Origin: a virus
DNA length: 64,000 bases
IMG/VR virus record: IMGVR_UViG_3300042508_000221
Coordinates: 10,091 to 74,090 of that record
Direction: 5' to 3' (one strand)
The notes under the pieces were generated by a model. The model saw only the letters and a list, made by a program, of their open reading frames with translations, made no database searches and was not told the origin of the DNA. Each line of letters opens with the position of its first letter. Within the stretch, counting starts at the first letter, position 1. Below, one piece after another: positions 57,124 through 64,000 of the stretch. The position numbers were made by a program, and so were the translations under genes.

Positions 57124-57435
57124 TCATGCTGGCACGGCCTCCCCGACGCGACTGCCAGCCGCCTTCTTCGTCGCCTCGTTGATCGCGGCCTGGACGCGGT
57201 CGCGGGCCTCGGTCAGTTCGCGAGCCACCGCGGCCCAGGCGTCCGTCTCGCTGTCGCAGATCGTCTCGACTCTCGTCTCGACCGCTCGGATCGTTCCGCT
57301 GGCCGGGTATCTGATCATCACAGAACCGTCGATGACGGCGACAACGTCCGCTCGCAGCACATGGCCGCGAGAGAGTCCGTCATATCCGACGTGAGACGTG
57401 CCGATCCAAACCGTATCGCCTGCTGCATGGCTCAT
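57124..57435 (-). CDS. Hypothetical protein
   Basis: AAGGGGG RBS. Confidence 0.5.
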   Translation of the reverse strand: MSHAAGDTVWIGTSHVGYDGLSRGHVLRADVVAVIDGSVMIRYPASGTIRAVETRVETICDSETDAWAAVARELTEARDRVQAAINEATKKAAGSRVGEAVPA

Positions 57436-57498
57436 TCTGAGCCCCCTTTCTTCAGGTGTAAATCTTCCTTGGTAGCCTATTAAGTATCGGTCAGTAGC

Positions 57499-57675
57499 CT
57501 ACTCGCTCTTGCGACGTTTTCCAGCCCGCTTCTTAGCCCGCAGGCGGTTGATCTCGTCGAGGGCTTCCTGGGCTACGCGATTCATCGCCTCGCGTGCTCC
57601 CGCCTCAGTCGCGATGCCCTGCTTGACCAGCATTGTCAGCCAGCCGGCCTCGTAGGGGGTGATTCGGTTTTTCAT
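57499..57675 (-). CDS. Small basic protein (array gene)
   Basis: GAGGAG RBS preceded by repeat motif. Confidence 0.55.
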   Translation of the reverse strand: MKNRITPYEAGWLTMLVKQGIATEAGAREAMNRVAQEALDEINRLRAKKRAGKRRKSE

Positions 57676-57749
57676 GATCGGGGTCTCCTCGTTTCGCCGC
57701 ACGGGGTTATCACGCTCGGGGGTGGCGTCGGCCCTCGAGCGCGGGTGGG

Positions 57750-58364
57750 TTATTCAAAATAGAGGCTGATCGTATTCTCGACGGGGTAGCCCAAGATGAG
57801 TCCGGTGAGCCACAGGGGACAGTCCTCGATATCCCACTTTCCGCCCAGGAACGAAGAGAGTTTGCGGCTGCCGTACTTGAGGAACTCCGCATTGAACTCG
57901 GGCGTGAAAGCCGGCACCGACGAGGTGTAGTCGCCGATCAATTTCCCCAAGTCGCCGATGTCCTGCACGCGAATGTCGTGGCAGGCTTCGATGTTCCACA
58001 ATCCGCTGATGTGCCCGACCTTGCTCACCTTGGCGACGAGCCCCCCCGCCCGCAGACGCTTCGCCCTCGCCTCCGCCGCCGGCTTCGACCAGTCGCCCAT
58101 CGTGCCCATCGGTTTCTGGCCGGCGATGAGCCTAAGCTCGGTCTCGTCGGACTCGTTTCCGTAGCCGAAAAACGTCCAGCCTCCGCAGAGGTGCTGGTTC
58201 GCGTCATTGACCATCTTCGACTTGAACCGCACCCGCTTGGGAACGTGACGGTATGTGCGGGCGAGGTAGCCGGCGAAGGTGTAATACTTCTTCGTATTCC
58301 ACGCCTTGTGCGGGATCACCTCGACGCCCCCTTTGGGGATGCGCTTTTTCGTAGCTGTCGCCAT
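57750..58364 (-). CDS. Hypothetical protein (array gene)
   Basis: AGGAG RBS plus motif; GLILGYP C-terminus. Confidence 0.6.
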   Translation of the reverse strand: MATATKKRIPKGGVEVIPHKAWNTKKYYTFAGYLARTYRHVPKRVRFKSKMVNDANQHLCGGWTFFGYGNESDETELRLIAGQKPMGTMGDWSKPAAEARAKRLRAGGLVAKVSKVGHISGLWNIEACHDIRVQDIGDLGKLIGDYTSSVPAFTPEFNAEFLKYGSRKLSSFLGGKWDIEDCPLWLTGLILGYPVENTISLYFE

Positions 58365-58433
58365 CGTCTCTCTCCTCTGTTTTCGCCGCACGGGGCCGGC
58401 TGGGTTGTGGTCTATCGTTTCGTCGTTCGGGGG

Positions 58434-58790
58434 TCAGATTCTTCTCGCCACGATCCCGCGGCTCGTCACCGTCCTGGGGGTCGTCGCCTCAACGTCGATC
58501 ATGGGGTAGCCAAACTTGCCATCGGGGCCGCAGTCGTGCGGGGAGCCCGCCGCCACCCGGTGGCGAGCGTAGTCGGCCGCAAACTGCTTCCTGTTTCCGT
58601 AGCGGATCGGCTCGCCAACGGTCGCGTAGCCGACCAGTGTCGCCCGCCCCCGGCCGGTGCGGACGATGCCGACCCGCTTGCCCACATAGGGGCGCAGCGA
58701 GTTTGTTCGCCGGGTTTCGACCGTCTTCTCACCGCTCAGAATCTGAGCGGTGAAAGGCTGCGTCTTGTCGTTAATGTTGATGCCCATCAT
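58434..58790 (-). CDS. ASCH domain protein
   Basis: QPF...ILSGEKTVETR (GxKxxExR). Confidence 0.8.
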   Translation of the reverse strand: MMGININDKTQPFTAQILSGEKTVETRRTNSLRPYVGKRVGIVRTGRGRATLVGYATVGEPIRYGNRKQFAADYARHRVAAGSPHDCGPDGKFGYPMIDVEATTPRTVTSRGIVARRI

Positions 58791-61206
58791 GATCGCACCC
58801 CACAGCAGGCACAGCGGCAATCCCATTGCGAAGCCGGTGATCTATTGGCGCGGTCGGCCTCATCGTCTCCCAGGCACGGCGAATCGGCCTCGACGCAGGC
58901 AGGGCAATAAGGCACCCCGTCGAGCCAGTACCAGGGCTCGGGAACCCCGGCGGCCTTGCGAGCCAGCCGTGCGTTGTGCCGCCATGCCTGGCCGCCGTCG
59001 TAGCTGTAGCGGCGTTTCAATCCAGCCTGCGAGGTCATCCTCGAGATCCCGTAGCCGTCAGTTTCGCTCCATGTTTCAGCAAGCATCGTCGCTCTCCTAG
59101 TGTTTCGCCGGCCGGGGCCGGCTGGGTTATGTGCTCTCGTTTCCACGATCCGGCCTAGACAGTCTTGGGCTCGCCGCAGACCTCCTGCGTGAACCATGTC
59201 CTGCCACCGTCTGTGCTGGCATCAAACCGATACCAGGGCATTCCATCCAGGGGGTGAACGGCTCCCGTCTCATGCACGTTGCGGATCGGGGTGCCCGCGT
59301 CGAGCCAGCCCTCCTCCGTCGCCTGACCGCTGATGCCGTGAATGCCAACGGCATAGGTTCGCGTCTTCAGTGTCAGCAGCGTTTTCGTCTTCATCGTCGT
59401 GCTCCTAGTGTTTCGCCGCTCGGGGCGGCTGGGGTGTGGTTAGCGGCAGAACCGTGTCCGCTCGCGAAGGTCTTGGATGCCGCGGGCCTCGGCCTGCCGG
59501 CGCGTCATCACCAAGTAGAGATAGCCGTTGAGCTTGCGCTCGGCAATCTTCCGGCTTGAAGCCACGCAGGACTTCACGATCTCGTCGGGGCCGCGGCCGT
59601 CGCCGTCCAGAACCGCTACATATTCGCGTTTCATCGTCTCTCTCCTAGTGTTTCGCCGCTCGGGGCGGCAGGGGGTAATCGGGTTCTCGTTTCCACGGGC
59701 CGGGGGTCACAGGGAATGGCACGCATTTCCATCACGCTCGCATCGGCACCAAGCCGCCAGCGCGGCGGGGTCGCCGTCGAGCGTTCGCTCGCATGTCTCC
59801 AACATCGCATCGTCGCCAGCCTCGCCGGCCTCGATCTTCCATCGCTCAACGGCAGTGCTCGCATCAAAGGGCATGGCATCGGGTTCCCCGTGGGGAACAC
59901 GCGCCAGCATCGCCGCCTCGGCCTCCTCTGCGGTCGGGTACGGGCCGCATCCGGCACCGTTCGGCCACGGGTTCTCCCTCATCGGCCCCATATCTCGGCA
60001 GTAATAAACGGTAATCATCGTCGCTCTCCTCGTATCTATGGTTTCGTCGCTCGGGGGGCCACGCTGGCCCGCCGCAATCCCCGGTCAGCATTTCGCCGGC
60101 CGGGGGTAGCGGGGGGTCGTCAGACCACGCGAACACCCAGGCGGCTGGCCCATGCCTGCGATGCTCGCTCCGACTTAAACCGGCGGATCACGCCTCCTGG
60201 GGCCGCCACGACCTCGACGGGGTAGTCGGCATCGCTGCCGCGGCGGATCGTGAGCGCCGGCTGGCGATAGTCCGACCGACGATACAACTCACGGCCGCCG
60301 CGGGCCTCGCGGATGCGAGCCACGCGATTAAGACTGATGACGCCGCCGCCCATGCTTCGCGAGTTCGCGAGAAGGATCATCGCCGGACTTGTGCCGCCAG
60401 TCACGCCGACATAGCCGGTCGTGTCGAAATCCTCAAGCCAATCGACGCCATCATCTCCGGCATAAGACACAGTTACTCGAATGTTTCCAATCCGGCAGCG
60501 GTCAAGAACCTTGACTGCCTCACTGTTAGCGTTGGCCGTGTTTTTCATCGTCGTGTTCATCGCTCTCCCTTTCGTATCGTTTCCCCCGTCCGGGGGTCAT
60601 CGTAGTTTCGTCGCTTCCCCGCCCGCCGGCAACGTGCCGGCGGGGAATCCCGTCAGGCTGCCCCGGCCTGCAAGCGAACGATCATTGCCGCTCGGCAGAT
60701 CGCGTGAATCTTCGCATCCGTCGCATGGTCTGCCGTCCAGCACCAGACGGAGCCGCCGAAAATCTTCGCGGCGGCCTCGTCCATGAAAATCGGGTCAAGG
60801 CGAAACGCTTCCTCGGTGATTTCCCTTGCCCAGGTAATAAAACGACCGCGGGACTGCCCCGCGTGCGGAAACTGGTTGACCATCGCATCCCTCCTTCACA
60901 GAGTTTCTGTTCCCGCCCGCCGGCAACGTGCCGGCGGCCGTTGTATCACTCGGTGGCCTATTCGTCACCGTCTTCATCGTCACCCATCAGCACCAACTCG
61001 CCGCCCATCTGAACGTCGAGCCCCGTGCGGATGATCAATTCGCCCGTAGTCGGGCAGAAATCCAGGGTGCCGTGGCCGTCGAGAATGCAGCGGATTTGGC
61101 GCAGCAGGGTTGCCGTGCCGCCGTCGCTCTCGGGGATGATGATCTCGCCCGTGCCGGCCATGCGAAACTGGGCGGGGTATGTGTCGTCGATGTTTTCGAT
61201 GATCAT
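58787..61206 (-). other. Seven small array ORFs (58787-59086, 59155-59394, 59440-59634, 59707-60018, 60120-60560, 60653-60883, 60958-61206)
   Basis: Each preceded by a GGAG/GAGG-type RBS, usually ...CGATG, and most by the repeat motif. Confidence 0.65.
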
Positions 61207-61347
61207 GGGATCGTTTCCTCTTGGGGGGTTATCGTTTCCGCGGTCGGGGTCACCCGTGCCGCACATCACAAAGGTAGCATCGTCACAGTGTCGGTCAAGT
61301 CTACAATAATTTCAGCGAGTTTCTCGGGGTTTTTTCTGAATGGACAC

Positions 61348-61647
61348 TTAGTGTCCTGAGAATTTCCTACCGTTTCCCGGTCGGGGTGCTCGTTTCGCCA
61401 TACGGGCGGGCGCGCCCTTTGCACCATCTGCCGCGGCACCCTCCCAGGATTCGATCCAGTTGGGGTTTCCGCGGGCGCGCCGGTTTTTTTCGAGGGTTGA
61501 AACGTCTGTTTTTCTGACGCAGGCCACGCCGAAAAAACTTTCCACGATCCCCAGCCGTTTCGCCATACGGTAGCCGGTCGGCTGCGAAATGCCGGCAAGC
61601 TTGCAAGCATCCGCCAACGTCATCCAATCATCAGTATCTATCTTCAC
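61348..61647 (-). CDS. HTH DNA-binding protein
   Basis: DWMTLADAC.LAGIS.PT.YR; resembles 56235..56525. Confidence 0.6.
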   Translation of the reverse strand: MKIDTDDWMTLADACKLAGISQPTGYRMAKRLGIVESFFGVACVRKTDVSTLEKNRRARGNPNWIESWEGAAADGAKGAPARMAKRAPRPGNGRKFSGH

Positions 61648-61712
61648 GGTTTAGGTTTCCTTCTACGGGGTACGGGTTCCCACGCTCGGGGCTGCCGCTG
61701 TATGATGCCGGC

Positions 61713-61964
61713 ATGAAAATCGACACGCTGGCACAACTGGTGAACTGGGCAGCCGCTGAAGCCGCCGATATCGTCCAGGGGCTGCCGCCGGCGCAGGCCA
61801 GCAAAGCAGTTGAGGATATCGGCGGGGTAATTTGGCGGCATGCGTTCGGGCAGGGGCTGCGCCCGGGCGATGATTGGGGATGGATACTCGCCCAGTACGA
61901 TGCCCAGCGGCTGCGCGAAATCGTCGCGGCATCCGCCGAACCGCCCCGCGGCCGCGGCCGATAA
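61713..61964 (+). CDS. Small hypothetical protein
   Basis: Only plausible plus-strand ORF in the region; no RBS evident. Confidence 0.4.
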   Translation: MKIDTLAQLVNWAAAEAADIVQGLPPAQASKAVEDIGGVIWRHAFGQGLRPGDDWGWILAQYDAQRLREIVAASAEPPRGRGR

Positions 61965-62125
61965 CCCGCGGCCGGATCGTTCCCACGCTCGGGGGCCGTC
62001 GCGTTCCCACGCTCGGGGTATCGTCGCGTTCCCACGCTCGGGCTGTCGCGTTCCGCCGGTCGGGGGCCGTCGCGTTCCCACGCTCGGGCTGTCGCTGGTT
62101 TTCATGTTCGGGGGTGTTCATTGTT

Positions 62126-62388
62126 TCGCCTGCCCGTCATCGCCTGCCGTGGGCTGCCGCTGCTCGCCTGCCCGTCATCGCCTGCCGTGGGCTGCCGCTG
62201 CTCGCCTGCCCGTCATCGCCTGCCGTGGGCTGCCGCTGCTCGCCTGCCGTCATCGCCTGCCCGTGGGCTGCCGCTGCTCGCCTGCCCGTCATCGCCTGCC
62301 GTGGGCTGCCGCTGCTCGCCTGCCGTCATCGCCTGCCCGTGGGCTGCCGCTGCTCGCCTGCCGTCATCGCCTGCCCGTGGGCTGCCGC
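62126..62388. repeat. Seven 38-bp tandem repeats in two variants (AAABABB; last unit slightly truncated)
   Basis: A=TCGCCTGCCCGTCATCGCCTGCCGTGGGCTGCCGCTGC; B=TCGCCTGCCGTCATCGCCTGCCCGTGGGCTGCCGCTGC. Confidence 0.95.
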
Positions 62389-62390
62389 AT

Positions 62391-62427
62391 GCACAAGCCC
62401 CGCGGGTGCTGCCCGCGGGGCTTGTGC
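62391..62427. terminator. Perfect 16-bp hairpin downstream of the gp88-like gene
   Basis: GCACAAGCCCCGCGGG-tgctg-CCCGCGGGGCTTGTGC, 8 bp past the stop at 62436. Confidence 0.65.
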
Positions 62428-62435
62428 TGCCCGTT

Positions 62436-63362
62436 TCAATGGATGCCGATGGCAATCGGCAGCGGCATTAGAAATCGCCTGCCCGTCATCGGCGGCAGCG
62501 TGGGAAGGATGACCCCGCATGCATGCCCCTTACTCGTGCAATTCCCGCACACGCCGCGGCACGAGAATACCTTGCCATGCCCATCCGCCGCGGCGGAGTC
62601 TCGAACGTCGCGATGGTAATCAGCATCATCGTACTTTTTGAATCCTTTCGGATGCTTGCGGGAAAGCTTTACCGCGATGAATTCGCCGCGGGTAATTGGA
62701 AGTTCGAGCATGCGTTGACGCATGCCGGCATCGGCATCGTATCGGCTGCCGCTGCTGATGTTTAAGACGTAGTTCGGCGGGAACGGCATCGGGTAGGAAA
62801 GAAACAATTCCCACGATTTCGAGTAGCCATAGCATGCGATATCCTGCCGCTGCGAAAGCAAATTCATCCAAAACATCAACGTCGATGAACTGTCGAAATC
62901 TCCGTCAACGTAAAGCCGGAATGTCACGCCCGCGGGCAGTACCTTGAATGCGTCAATGATCGCCCGCCGATTGAATCGGAGCAGGAGCGTATTCATACAC
63001 TGCCGCAAGAATGCGGCAGGGTATCGCCATGCCCGGAGGGAATAGCAGTATCCTTTGCAATCCCCCGCGCCCGGGCATGTCACAATCGGCAACGTCGAAA
63101 ATGCCACGAATGGCAATTTCACGTTACCTTCCATCGCGAATATTTCATGCGGCAGCCTGCCGGCATCGATGGCGGCGGCGAACCGCAGGAAATAGTATTT
63201 CCACGTTCCGCGCTTGTTCCCCCTGCCGCGGATAGTGCGGGCGATGCGGCGCGCCTCCTCCGCTGCCGCCGGCAGGCTGTCGCATTGCAATTGGCAAAAC
63301 GTGGCGAACCGCATCGCCTGCTTGTTGGTGAACGTGGGACGGTATTTTTTGGCTGTTGTCAT
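62436..63362 (-). CDS. GP88-like protein (radical-SAM-related)
   Basis: GN.KL, FS.LP..TCPGAGDC...CY, FRLYVDGDF, YGYSK. Confidence 0.65.
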   Translation of the reverse strand: MTTAKKYRPTFTNKQAMRFATFCQLQCDSLPAAAEEARRIARTIRGRGNKRGTWKYYFLRFAAAIDAGRLPHEIFAMEGNVKLPFVAFSTLPIVTCPGAGDCKGYCYSLRAWRYPAAFLRQCMNTLLLRFNRRAIIDAFKVLPAGVTFRLYVDGDFDSSSTLMFWMNLLSQRQDIACYGYSKSWELFLSYPMPFPPNYVLNISSGSRYDADAGMRQRMLELPITRGEFIAVKLSRKHPKGFKKYDDADYHRDVRDSAAADGHGKVFSCRGVCGNCTSKGHACGVILPTLPPMTGRRFLMPLPIAIGIH

Positions 63363-63417
63363 CGTATAACCCCTTGAAAAATTGGAAAAATGGCAAACGT
63401 GTCCAGTGTGCGAAAAA

Positions 63418-63672
63418 CTAAAAAGGGCTTGGTTCAAAAGTGTATTTCGATGATGCCGCATGTGCGGCATCCGTGAAATCCCATCGGAAGTAGTCGAGCG
63501 TTCCGGGCGTTACCCTGCCGGAAAACCGAAAGCAGTTAACTAGAACGCCGCCGTGGGGAACGCCATCGGGGAACCGTCCGCCGCTGCCGTCGCCTTCCCA
63601 CGTTGCATAGATATCGCCAACGTGTTTCCCATCGCTCTTGCGGACTACCTTGTGAATGATGCCGTATGTCAT
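63418..63672 (-). CDS. Small hypothetical protein
   Basis: ACGATG start context as in other array genes. Confidence 0.45.
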   Translation of the reverse strand: MTYGIIHKVVRKSDGKHVGDIYATWEGDGSGGRFPDGVPHGGVLVNCFRFSGRVTPGTLDYFRWDFTDAAHAASSKYTFEPSPF

Positions 63673-63827
63673 CGTCTTCGCCCCCGTTTCGAGTGTCGCG
63701 GGTTTCTGCCCGCTTGGTGAATGCTAGTCTATCGGATGCCGGCATGCAATAGGGTAACGAATTTTATCGGCAAGCCCCTTGAATGTGCCGCGGAAATTCC
63801 ATGTGGACAGTTGGTATCGTGAGAATT

Positions 63828-63932
63828 TCACGCCTCACGCCTCACGCCTCACGCCTCACGCCTCACGCCTCACTCCTCACGCCTCACGCCTCACGCCTCA
63901 CGCCTCACGCCTCACGCCTCACGCCTCGCGCC
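63828..63932. repeat. Heptamer microsatellite (TCACGCC)x14 plus one degenerate unit
   Basis: Counted directly; unit 7 is TCACTCC, final unit TCGCGCC. Confidence 0.95.
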
Positions 63933-64000
63933 GGCGCAGGGGGCTACCCCATCAACGCTACCCCACCGATGGGGGGTCGCCTGCCCCAGGGCTGCGCAGG

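Larger units (their letters stand above)
57691..62090 (-). repeat. Dispersed co-oriented motif GTTYC-N6-CGGG (minus strand CCCG-N6-GRAAC), about 18-20 copies including variants
   Basis: Copies at 57691, 58380, 58417, 59102, 59410, 59650, 60041, 60090, 61234, 61676, 61979, 62003, 62028, 62050, 62074; variants at 57706, 59139, 59689, 60579, 61372. Confidence 0.85.

Noticed and set aside
59102-59670. Hammerhead ribozymes (hairpin followed by GAAAC)
   Set aside because: No CUGANGA core upstream of the hairpin on the coding strand
57691-61250. Classical integron attC sites
   Set aside because: Motifs are direct repeats lacking RYYYAAC/GTTRRRY inverted ends; the integrase shows no IntI-specific insertion and is 28 kb away
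61633-61727. Divergent genes both starting MKIDT
   Set aside because: Codons differ at every position and similarity ends after five residues; probably chance
61978-62090. Host REP elements (CGTTCCCACGC...)
   Set aside because: No inverted partner arm, so not palindromic; no RAYT transposase in the window
61978-62388. CRISPR array or mini-array
   Set aside because: The 38-bp units are contiguous with no spacers; the 16-bp units are separated by only 6-9 similar nt; no cas genes; resemblance to type I-E repeats is partial
61631-62619. Overlapping ORFs across the tandem repeats
   Set aside because: Low-complexity translations in several frames of stop-poor GC-rich repeats; the 38-bp period is not a multiple of 3
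1-64000. Stop-codon reassignment
   Set aside because: Genes are full length in the standard code and all three stops terminate coupled ORFs

Overview
The window is about 64 kb of a GC-rich, temperate, long-tailed (siphovirus-type) phage genome in the standard genetic code. Head and terminase genes lie outside it. In order: neck/tail genes (1-11.9 kb, with a -1 frameshifted tail chaperone and a 1717-aa tape measure); a nucleotide-metabolism insert (12-15 kb); a large modular tail-fibre/adhesin locus (15.5-28.3 kb); a tyrosine integrase next to an intact attP-like copy of a tRNA-Ala-type 3' end (28.7-30 kb); replication genes (SNF2 helicase, SSB-like protein, prim-pol, UvrD; 30.6-38.6 kb); a DNA-modification cluster (two PP-loop/PAPS-reductase-like paralogues, CsrA, QueD, QueE, NDT-like, DpdA-like, with no QueC or FolE seen; 39-43 kb); small accessory genes; a glycosyl/methyltransferase cassette (50-52.7 kb); a membrane protein + papain-like peptidase + lipoprotein block (53-56 kb); and a leftward array of small genes separated by a repeated GTTYC-N6-CGGG motif, ending in 38-bp and 7-bp tandem repeats (56-64 kb). 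A Planctomycetota host is suspected but is inference only. All family calls come from motif recognition by eye; no database searches were run. The strongest leads are the QueC-less 7-deazaguanine cluster and the motif-delimited gene array.
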